This document shows positions 56,461 through 64,000 of a stretch of 64,000 nucleotides of DNA, piece by piece. Origin of the DNA: an uncultured Dermabacteraceae bacterium (lineage in GTDB: Bacteria; Actinomycetota; Actinomycetes; Actinomycetales; Dermabacteraceae); NCBI GenBank assembly GCA_943913905.1, contig CALTZZ010000001.1, positions 24,542-88,541 of the forward strand, given 5' to 3'. The notes below the pieces were generated by a model. The model ran no database searches. It saw only the letters and a list, made by a program, of their open reading frames with translations, and was not told where the DNA came from. Made by a program: the position numbers and the translations under genes. Position 1 is the first letter of the stretch. Each line of letters starts with the position of its first letter.

Positions 56461-57519
56461 CTACCCGCTAGCTTTCGGCCCGCTAACGGCGCCTTCTTCT
56501 TCGGAGTGTGACTCCGGTAGCAGGCTCCGGAGTAGGTCACTCACGGTGATGATTCCGGCAAAACGTCCATTACGAGTAACGGCGACAACCTGTTCCCCGG
56601 CACCGCGAAGTGTTCCGAGCGCTTCGTGGAGCGGAGTACTGGCATCAAGTTCAAGAATCGGCCGTGAAAGAGGGCCCACTGGTTCATCACCGCGGAGCGT
56701 GAGCGTGTCGCGTACATGCACGAAACGCGGAGTAGCGCCGGGGTCACTCGAGAAATCCACAAGAATACGAAGATGTCCCGTTTCAACAGCTGCCTCGTGC
56801 ACTTCTGCAACAGTGCCGGTGCGAGCCACGATTGTCAGTTGCTGATCGGGATCCAAGAGGTCGGCCACAGTCGTGGACTCGAGGTCAAGGGCCCCGGAAA
56901 GCTGCCCGTGCGATCTAGTATCGAGCGTTCCCGATGAGGCGGAATGGTCAACGAGCTGGCGAATCGCCTCCGCGTCGTATCCGCCGACACCGGCGCTATC
57001 CACGGGAGTAACGCCACTCGCGGACACGAGACGGTTAGCGGCCGCGTTAGCGAAGAGCAGCACCGGGCGTACAGACCACACAAAAGCTCGTGCCGGCAAA
57101 GCGGTGGCTTTCGCTGATGCTTCCGGATGAGCAATCGCCCATGACTTCGGCGCCATTTCTCCCACCACGAGGTGGAGAAAAGTGACGAACAGTAGAGAAA
57201 ACACGAAAACCGAAGTATCGGCGACAGCAGCCGGTGCTCCGAGCCCAGTAAGGAGAGGTCCGAGCCACGCATCGACCGCCGGTTTCGTCACGGCGCCAAG
57301 GGCGAACGTGCAGATCGTGATACCGAGCTGAGCCCCAGCCAGCATCACGGCGAGCTCATCAAGCCCGCGAATAGCTGCACGAGCAGACCTGTGAGTGGAA
57401 GCTTCCGCTTCAAGACGATGCCGCTTCGCTGCCAACAGCGAAAACTCAATGATCACGAAGAAGGCGCTGCACACGATCAGCGCGACGGTCGCTGGGATAA
57501 CAATGAGCGGGTCTTTCAC
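56461..57519 (-). CDS. HlyC/CorC-family transporter (CNNM/DUF21 + CBS pair + CorC_HlyC)
   Basis: N-terminal DUF21 membrane domain (EFSLLAAKRHRLE), CBS pair, and C-terminal transporter-associated domain. Confidence 0.8.
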   Translation of the reverse strand: MKDPLIVIPATVALIVCSAFFVIIEFSLLAAKRHRLEAEASTHRSARAAIRGLDELAVMLAGAQLGITICTFALGAVTKPAVDAWLGPLLTGLGAPAAVADTSVFVFSLLFVTFLHLVVGEMAPKSWAIAHPEASAKATALPARAFVWSVRPVLLFANAAANRLVSASGVTPVDSAGVGGYDAEAIRQLVDHSASSGTLDTRSHGQLSGALDLESTTVADLLDPDQQLTIVARTGTVAEVHEAAVETGHLRILVDFSSDPGATPRFVHVRDTLTLRGDEPVGPLSRPILELDASTPLHEALGTLRGAGEQVVAVTRNGRFAGIITVSDLLRSLLPESHSEEEGAVSGPKASG

Positions 57520-58913
57520 TGGTCCTCGCCTCCCGTCTCATCATCGTCCGCGGCGTCTTCCGGCTCCATGCTGTGAAGCTCAATGGCGAGCTGGTCGGGA
57601 ACGTTTCGCTCCACGCTCTCCACATCCACGAGAAGGTACCGACCAGGGGCGTCATCTCCGGCTACTTCACGAGGATCGGCCGGAAGCTCCACACGAACCT
57701 GTTCGTGAGGCTCGGGTAGCCGCTCGATCGTCGCGATCACCAGGCCGGCGACGGTTTCGGCATCAACGTCCGGTAGGGGAACCCCAATGGTGCGTTCCAG
57801 TTCGTCCAAAGCTATGTCGCCGGACGCCAGCCACCGTCCTTCACCTGTGGAATCGATCGCAGGAGCTGGTGCATCGTCGTGTTCGTCGGTCAAGTCACCA
57901 ACGAGTTCTTCCGCAAGGTCTTCGAGTGTGACAACGCCGGCAAAGCCGCCGTACTCATCAATAACGCACGCCAGTTCGTCGTTGGCTTCCGTGAGGGCGT
58001 CGAGAGCATCGGGCAAAGGCATGAGGGTTGGGACAAGCACTGCGGGGCGCATCAACTCTGTTACCGGGGTCTCCGGTGCAAGCCCAGGGTGAGCGAGCAC
58101 GTCCACGAGGTGCACTACCCCCACAGGTGCGTGCTCGTGTGAGATCACCGGGTAGCGCGTGTGCCCTCCGGCCATGATCGTGCGTATCGTGCCCACCGTA
58201 GTTTCAGGCGCCACCGTATCCACTTGCGACCGAGGCATCATGGCATGCTCTGCATCCCGGTCAGGAAATTCGATCACACGGTCGATCAACAAAGACAGTT
58301 CTCTCGGTAACGAGCCACTGTCTGCGGAATCGAGCACTATTCGATCAAGATCTTCCGCCGTGGCAGTGGAGTCAACGTCATGAACCGGTTCAATGCGTAA
58401 CAATCGCAGTAGACCTTCGGCCGCCTTATCGAAGATCCAGATGAGCCACCCGAACGCAAGCAGGTAGAAGCGCGTTGGCAAAGCGAGTGTCTTCACCAGG
58501 GGCATGGGATTGGCGATTGCCAGGTTCTTGGGGTAGAGCTCACCGATGATCATTTGAACCACAGTGGCCAGGGCTAGCACGCCAAAGGTCGAGGCACCGA
58601 CCACCACAGCAGGCGGGAGCGCCGTCCCGCCCAAAAGGTCACTCAGTGCCGCTCCCACCATGGGCTCGGCCACGTACCCTACGAGCAGACCGGTGACTGT
58701 AATCCCTAGCTGTGCACCGGAGAGCATGAACGATGTTCGTCGGGTAATGGCGAGTGCGTTTTTCGCCCCCTGATCGCCGGATTCGGCAGCTGCACGGAGC
58801 CGATGACGGTCCACAGACATGAACGCGAATTCTTGCGCCACGAAAAAGCCGTTCGCCGCGATGATGGCTACGATCACGAGGCACCCGAGTATGAGGAGAA
58901 CGACGGAGTTCAT
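57516..58913 (-). CDS. HlyC/CorC-family transporter (second paralogue)
   Basis: Same architecture (QEFAFMSVDRHRLR...). Overlaps its partner by 4 nt. Confidence 0.8.
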   Translation of the reverse strand: MNSVVLLILGCLVIVAIIAANGFFVAQEFAFMSVDRHRLRAAAESGDQGAKNALAITRRTSFMLSGAQLGITVTGLLVGYVAEPMVGAALSDLLGGTALPPAVVVGASTFGVLALATVVQMIIGELYPKNLAIANPMPLVKTLALPTRFYLLAFGWLIWIFDKAAEGLLRLLRIEPVHDVDSTATAEDLDRIVLDSADSGSLPRELSLLIDRVIEFPDRDAEHAMMPRSQVDTVAPETTVGTIRTIMAGGHTRYPVISHEHAPVGVVHLVDVLAHPGLAPETPVTELMRPAVLVPTLMPLPDALDALTEANDELACVIDEYGGFAGVVTLEDLAEELVGDLTDEHDDAPAPAIDSTGEGRWLASGDIALDELERTIGVPLPDVDAETVAGLVIATIERLPEPHEQVRVELPADPREVAGDDAPGRYLLVDVESVERNVPDQLAIELHSMEPEDAADDDETGGEDQ

Positions 58914-59187
58914 GAGCCGCCCCTCCCTCTCGCGTTACTAACGCTCCGGCTTAGAAAACTGGCCAGGGCAGGATCGTGTGACAAGGGCGATGCGGGTGAG
59001 AGTCGGCTCATGGAAAGTCGGCACTCCAGGTCATTGGTTCGAAGTCCCACCGGGGCGGTGAGTGGAGAGTCGAGCCTACACACTCTTTTCGAGTATTCGC
59101 TCCGCTTTTCAACCACTTACGCACTGGCACTGCCTCGAGAGACTCGCCGTGCCACCATTGTTTTGCCACTGTGATAGGACGGTGGGC

Positions 59188-60147
59188 ATGGACTCTCGCA
59201 ATCGTCGTTCCGTGATCATTTTCGTGGCCCTCGCCTTCGGCCTTTCATGGGCGATTGCTTTGCCCCTGTGGTTCGGCGGTGGGCTCGGGAGTCCGCTGTT
59301 TTCGTTGATTTCGGTCTTGGTCATGTTTACGCCAGCGGTGGCAGCTGGTGCCGTGCTCCTGTCGGTTGAGCGCCCGGAGCGCCCCATGCGCGCGCTCGGT
59401 ATATGGCCGTTGAAACCGTGGGGTCGGTTCTTCCTCTATGTGGCCCTCGCAATCATCGTTCCGATCGTGCTTGCGTTCATCGCGCTTCCCGTGGGTGCCC
59501 TCCTCGGCGTGTACCCCGCCGATTTCACGAATTTCTCCGGGTTCAAAGAAGCACTCGCGGCTCAATCGTCTGCGGCCGGTGTTCCACAGCCGCCGGTTGA
59601 CGCAGAGACGCTGGTGCTCCTTCAGCTGGTCAGCATTCCGGTCGCGGCGTTCATCAACCTTCTGCCCGCGCTGGGTGAAGAGATCGGGTGGCGCGGGTGG
59701 CTGCTGCCGAAACTCATGCCGCTCGGCGTAGTGCCGGCACTGCTGATCTCCGGCGTGATCTGGGGTCTTTGGCACGCCCCACTGGTCCTCCTGGGCTACA
59801 ACTACCCCTCAGTCCCGGGATGGCTCGGAGTCATCCTCATGGTCGGCATGTGCATCCCGATCGGTGCAGTCTTTTCCTGGCTCCGCATACGGTCCGAAAC
59901 GATCTGGCCGCCAGCACTCGCGCACGGCGCGTTCAACGCGTCCGCTGGCGCCTACCTGCTGTTTTCCCGAGCGGGCGAGCCCATCAACACTGCCCATGCC
60001 ACGGTCCTCGGCTGGAGCGGCTGGATTGTTCCATTGATCTTCGTGGCCATCCTCCTGGTCACACATCAGTTCCGCCCGGCACGGCCGAAGGCGGAAACAA
60101 CTGAAACAACGGAACCAGGGGCCGCAACCACTCCGCAACAACGCTAG
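59188..60147 (+). CDS. CPBP-family intramembrane metalloprotease
   Basis: ATG 59188 (MDSRNRRS...). Motifs EEIGWRGW, WGLWH, HGAFN. Confidence 0.75.
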   Translation: MDSRNRRSVIIFVALAFGLSWAIALPLWFGGGLGSPLFSLISVLVMFTPAVAAGAVLLSVERPERPMRALGIWPLKPWGRFFLYVALAIIVPIVLAFIALPVGALLGVYPADFTNFSGFKEALAAQSSAAGVPQPPVDAETLVLLQLVSIPVAAFINLLPALGEEIGWRGWLLPKLMPLGVVPALLISGVIWGLWHAPLVLLGYNYPSVPGWLGVILMVGMCIPIGAVFSWLRIRSETIWPPALAHGAFNASAGAYLLFSRAGEPINTAHATVLGWSGWIVPLIFVAILLVTHQFRPARPKAETTETTEPGAATTPQQR

Positions 60148-60197
60148 GCACCAGGGACACAACCGGCGAGCTAACTGCCAGAGGGGCCGCACCGAGC

Positions 60198-60515
60198 CTA
60201 GACCGCTCCCTCGTTCTCCAGCCCCTCTTCCACGACCACTTCCTGCACCGGCTCCACGTCTTTCACGATGTGCGCAATGTGGCTGATGCTGGCAATCAGT
60301 GACCCGTAGACGGGCCAATGGGAGCTGGACTCGCCGTCGGCAAAGGTCGGGACCCGGGCACTCAACGTGTTCAGCTCGGTGCGGATCGCATCAATGCTCA
60401 CGTTGGGGTCAGCGAGCGACACGCCAACGTAATGCACCAGGTCAGACCTGCGTTCGCGGAACTCCTCGTCCCAGTCCTCCCGATGGAGGCTGGCTTCGCG
60501 GAGACTGCGAGTCAT
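60198..60515 (-). CDS. hypothetical protein
   Basis: 105-aa ORF overlapping the upstream membrane-protein stop by 4 nt. Confidence 0.35.
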   Translation of the reverse strand: MTRSLREASLHREDWDEEFRERRSDLVHYVGVSLADPNVSIDAIRTELNTLSARVPTFADGESSSHWPVYGSLIASISHIAHIVKDVEPVQEVVVEEGLENEGAV

Positions 60516-61345
60516 GTGGCCTCATCAGTGCGGTAGAGAGCCCCTGCATAGTCGAGGCTGTCGAGCTCCATCGTGTGCGTGGAGCGTCGGTCAGGGCTGA
60601 GTCGCGGAATGCGGGTACGGAGGTTCACCTTGCGGCCCTGTTGCGCCCATTCGACCTGAGTGGTGGCTGCCGATAGGTCCGAGCTGAGCGCGTCGATTTG
60701 GTCCAGCCACTGGTTCGCCGCCGCTTCATCCCAACGGTCCTTGAACTTCTCGGAGAGGGCCACGAGGAGAGTGCCGATGCGGGCGTTGAGGTCCATTACG
60801 TCGCGGGCCGCTTCGCGGTCGTATTTCGGCGGCATCACCACCATGTTCACAACAATGCCGACGACCGCGCCAATAGCCACCTCAATACTGCGGCTATCAA
60901 GCAGCGGCGCTTGCTCCGCATAGCCCGCGCCGAGCACGAAGATCACCGTGGTTGCAGCATTGAATCCCTCCGTGCGCAGCCCCGGCACCTTCGTGATGAG
61001 CATGCCCAAAAACAGGGCGAGCGCCAGCGACCACAGCGACACCCCAATAAGGGAGCCGATCAGATACGAGAGGCCGACGCCAATCCACGACGCAATCGTG
61101 GCCTGAATCCCGTGTTTCAGTGATTTCATGACCGTTGGCATCATGATCATGAGCGCGATCCACGGTGCCAAGAACGGGATCTGCGAGTCGAGAATCGACA
61201 CCGCCAGCCACCAGGCCAGCGTTGCCGCAATCACCGTTTTCACGATGTGAAGAGTGCTCCCCGTGAACTCCGGGGTTCGAGTCGTATCGCGCAAACCGGT
61301 GAGGGTGCGCGATGCTGCACGACGAATATCGGCAGTAGAAAACAT
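60512..61345 (-). CDS. FUSC-like/aromatic acid exporter family membrane protein
   Basis: N-terminal multi-TM region plus a C-terminal charged helical domain typical of the FUSC/ArAE families. Confidence 0.5.
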   Translation of the reverse strand: MFSTADIRRAASRTLTGLRDTTRTPEFTGSTLHIVKTVIAATLAWWLAVSILDSQIPFLAPWIALMIMMPTVMKSLKHGIQATIASWIGVGLSYLIGSLIGVSLWSLALALFLGMLITKVPGLRTEGFNAATTVIFVLGAGYAEQAPLLDSRSIEVAIGAVVGIVVNMVVMPPKYDREAARDVMDLNARIGTLLVALSEKFKDRWDEAAANQWLDQIDALSSDLSAATTQVEWAQQGRKVNLRTRIPRLSPDRRSTHTMELDSLDYAGALYRTDEAT

Positions 61346-61936
61346 GGCGCCCTCCCTGGTGTTCCCGCTGGTAGTTCCGCTTTTCCGGCGAACATAGGGA
61401 CGGTTCCTGGGAATTCAACGATTCGGGCCCTTCCTTTTGCGAGGGTTTTGCTTCCCGGGGGCCGACGGTTGCTGGCAGCGCACCGTGTCGCGTAACTTCG
61501 ATTACAACTCAGGTTTCAGGTAACTGTTGGCGCCATGCACGCGATCATGGGCGCATGAACTCCCCTGCTTCAGCGCTGAGAGTCCTGGCACACCCTCACG
61601 GCCGTATGACACGACGGGAAGAGGCGCTTCTTCCGTGAATGCCCCTGCATGAGTGTCAACGTAGAGGGTGTCATCCTGCACTTCTCCACCGGAAAAGTAG
61701 TGGAAACTCTATCGACGAACGAAACCGAGGCAGAGCCCGGTCCCTATGACGAGCTCACCCAGTTCATCAACGTCAAGATTCTCGGGGCAAGATAGCCCGA
61801 CCCGGACGCATTAGTGACCGCGTTCCACGATGGCGCCCTCATCGCCGAATTGCGAGCGTTCGACACGGCAGACTAACCACACCGGCGGCATTGGCTCACG
61901 CCAAAGGACGACACCGCCCCTTGCCCCTACCTTGCG

Positions 61937-63550
61937 CTACTCCGCCTTACGATACGCACGACTCCGGCTGCTCGGAGGCGCAGTGGCCACCACGACACCA
62001 TCAGTCACCAACCCACGCAAGAGCCCCCGCAACGCCGGCAGGCTTTTACCCGTAAGATCAGCAAGTTCTCGAATAGTGCGTTCTTTCCGCACACTCAAAG
62101 CAGCCAAGACAGCTTTTTCGCTCGGTGTGAGGTCGCGTACGCGCTCGCTCTCACCATTGCGAGAGCCCTGCACCCGAGTGGCACCCCCAGGCACACCTAA
62201 GGCGGGCGTAGTCTCCGGCGCTTCGAGTTGTTCCTCTCGCGAGCGGTAGATCTTCACGACAGCCTGCGTCAACGTCGATGCACTGAAATCAGGCTCGCGC
62301 AGGCCGCGCTCACGCATCGCCGCGAGCATGCGGGGGATACCCGACCCCTGATTTTCCGAGACAGTTCCCGAATCAGTGATGCGGGGTGTTGCAAGAAGCA
62401 GTTTCGCAAGCAGAGGATTCCGTGCGTCCGACACCCCACTTGCCGCTTCCTCGAGTGTCACAGTGCCAGTGAAGCCGCCCGGGTTCGTAACCTCAACGCG
62501 GTCAGGAAACACATCCACTTGGACCTGCTGCCCGCGCGAGCGAACACTGTAATCCCGGTGTGTCACAGCATTAGTGATCGCTTCCCTCAACACATCCTCA
62601 GGGATTTCCAACACATCGATCCCCGCAGTCCCCCGCACCTCGCGGGCGCGCCTGAGGTTCTTCGCCACTGCCTCTACCGCGTCACTCACCATGAGTGGAA
62701 TCGGCCCCTCACACATCACTCGATCCACAAAACGCACCGTCGGATCCGAAGACTTCTCAACCGTGGGGTGGACCGCAACATCCACGTACAACTGCGGAAA
62801 CTCTTGCTGAGGGTATGCCCCCACCACAAGATAACCAGCGAAAGTCACCTGACCCTGCCGGTCCATGATGCTGAGTCGCGTTAATTGCCCGGCAACATCA
62901 TCCCGTTCGAGCCCCTCGAATGCACGTGACCCCTGCGCACGCTTGAGCTTGAGAACCCCGGCAACGAGCGCTTCCGACAAATCTTCCACGGCAACCCCGG
63001 GGACGGCGGTGTCATCTACCGTCTCGGCAATTGACTGCGCATGCATCAGGTACACGGCGTAGTCACTCATGCGCTGGTCATGGTCATCTACTCTGATAAA
63101 GCTGCCGTTTTGCCTCCCCTTGCTCGTGACATAGCACGGGAGCACCAGCCCTTTCGCTTGGCGGATCGAGTCAATTTCAATCCCCACAATCGAAGCCCCG
63201 TCGATGATTGTGCGCACGATGCGGTAGTTCGGGACTGGATCAACTTTGGGATCATTGCTCATCCCAGACACGAATGCATCGATGATCCGCCCCGAATCAA
63301 ACCCATCCGCCGGAGCAAACCCGGACTTTTCGTCCAACCCCAACACGATGACGCCGCCGTCAGTGTTCGCGAATGCCGACACTGAGTCCCATAGCGATTT
63401 CGGCAGTGCATGGCCTGCGGCTTTTACTTCCACGCGAGCGTCGTCACTGCCTTGGGCACGTGCGCGATAGACGTGGTCCCTCACATCATCCTCAGTCACG
63501 GCCTCAGTGTAGAACACTGAGCTCCTCAGTGTATAGAGTGAGGGCCGCAC
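61937..63550 (-). CDS. AlbA_2 (Schlafen-like) N-terminal domain fused to an HATPase_c-like ATP-binding domain and a C-terminal wHTH
   Basis: ARVEVKAAGHALPKSLWDSVSAFANTDGGVIVLGLDE matches the AlbA_2/divergent AAA signature. The C-terminus has an HTH. GTG 63550 is uncertain because the 5' end lies in a heptamer-repeat cluster. Confidence 0.65.
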   Translation of the reverse strand: MRPSLYTLRSSVFYTEAVTEDDVRDHVYRARAQGSDDARVEVKAAGHALPKSLWDSVSAFANTDGGVIVLGLDEKSGFAPADGFDSGRIIDAFVSGMSNDPKVDPVPNYRIVRTIIDGASIVGIEIDSIRQAKGLVLPCYVTSKGRQNGSFIRVDDHDQRMSDYAVYLMHAQSIAETVDDTAVPGVAVEDLSEALVAGVLKLKRAQGSRAFEGLERDDVAGQLTRLSIMDRQGQVTFAGYLVVGAYPQQEFPQLYVDVAVHPTVEKSSDPTVRFVDRVMCEGPIPLMVSDAVEAVAKNLRRAREVRGTAGIDVLEIPEDVLREAITNAVTHRDYSVRSRGQQVQVDVFPDRVEVTNPGGFTGTVTLEEAASGVSDARNPLLAKLLLATPRITDSGTVSENQGSGIPRMLAAMRERGLREPDFSASTLTQAVVKIYRSREEQLEAPETTPALGVPGGATRVQGSRNGESERVRDLTPSEKAVLAALSVRKERTIRELADLTGKSLPALRGLLRGLVTDGVVVATAPPSSRSRAYRKAE

Positions 63551-63635
63551 TGAGGCCTCACTGACTACTCACACATACCTCCTTGCCTGCGCTAATACTT
63601 CAGTTTTGTCACTGACCCTCAGTGACGAATGTGAA
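63480..63635. repeat. cluster of 8-9 CTCAGTG/CACTGAG heptamers in direct and inverted orientation
   Basis: cctcagtcac, cctcagtgt, acactgag, cctcagtgt, gagtgagg, cactgagg, cctcactga, tcactgacc, ctcagtgac within about 150 bp. Confidence 0.8.
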
Positions 63636-63855
63636 GGCTTCACATCGAGCAAAGAGGCAACGATCACCCACTCGACGCTAAAGCGACACACACGACCAGC
63701 TTTCGCTTCCATGCCGCTTCACTCGCCAAAGACCTCACGGTACTACCCCTAATTCAATGTGAACGCACCAAGCCCTTTTCCCGGTACAATGCGCACAGTG
63801 GGAAATTGAACTCTTTCAATTCTGCCCCTCACCCTTCTCGCAGATAGTTCCTCAC

Positions 63856-64000
63856 ATGGCTCACTCCCACGAATCTCGTTCGCAATCTCGAAATACTGCT
63901 GCCTCGACGTCCGCAGGTCGCGCTGAAGAATCCACAGCGAAAAACAATCTTAAGGCCTGCTCAGCACTGCTGATTCTTGGGTGGATTGCCTGCATTTTTT
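63856..64000 (+). CDS. partial ORF (first 48 codons) of a possible membrane protein running off the right edge
   Basis: ATG 63856 (MAHSHESRSQSRNTAASTSAGRAEESTAKNNLKACSALLILGWIACIF). The flank is AT-richer. Confidence 0.25.
   Translation, partial: MAHSHESRSQSRNTAASTSAGRAEESTAKNNLKACSALLILGWIACIF

Noticed and set aside
59020-59050. ggttcgaagtcc resembling a tRNA T-loop (GGTTCGAATCC).
   Set aside because: The flanking sequence cannot form a T-stem or an acceptor stem. No cloverleaf is possible.
1-64000. CRISPR arrays, rRNA genes, prophage/integrase/transposase.
   Set aside because: No regularly spaced repeats, no rRNA-like conserved stretches, and no recombinase-like ORFs were seen. tRNA absence could not be checked exhaustively by eye.

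Overview
This window is a high-GC (roughly 65-70%) actinobacterial chromosome segment with Actinomycetaceae-like gene content, carrying about 60 genes. Most are ordinary housekeeping and transport functions. The left end holds a partial glutaminase, a frameshifted aldo/keto reductase, a LacI regulator, a GT2 glycosyltransferase, a sodium:solute symporter with a small membrane partner, and a CstA-YbdD peptide transporter pair. Further along is a peptidoglycan-peptide catabolism operon (DUF3870-like / DUF819 / L-Ala-D/L-Glu epimerase / NlpC-P60) facing a cytoplasmic class-A beta-lactamase-like gene. Then come DoxX, a secreted metallophosphoesterase, AzlCD, a BCCT osmolyte transporter and a NUDIX hydrolase. 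The middle carries an RlmD-like RNA methyltransferase, L-asparaginase, a DtxR/MntR-family regulator next to a metal (Mn/Zn-type) ABC importer, a lone class Ib ribonucleotide reductase beta subunit (nrdF), an alpha/beta hydrolase, and a GntR-controlled ABC-2 exporter whose ATPase has an in-frame stop. The right half carries an MFS transporter, GH15 hydrolase, a frameshifted lipoprotein, a SAM methyltransferase, pdxH, a paired SMR exporter, two CPBP proteases, NifU-like, FeoAB, GNAT, DUF2087, VOC, an NmrA-like protein, an OpuC-type betaine/choline ABC importer, a CorC/HlyC pair, an FUSC-like protein and an AlbA_2/Schlafen-like ATPase. No rRNA, CRISPR array, integrase or transposase was seen.

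The most unusual regions are:
1. A low-GC islet (about 37.1-39.8 kb) with a secreted protein, a tiny membrane protein, and an overlapping small-gene/large-gene pair of unknown function that looks like a toxin-antitoxin or defence module.
2. A DUF559/AbiEi-like gene (23.2-24.4 kb) bracketed by two direct copies of a ~65-bp palindromic element, with 33-bp tandem repeats and a Pro-rich HicA-like fusion protein next door.
3. A dense cluster of CTCAGTG/CACTGAG heptamers at the 5' end of the AlbA_2 ATPase gene.
4. Three genes disrupted by single-base lesions.
5. DtxR-type operator candidates in front of the metal importer and feoAB.
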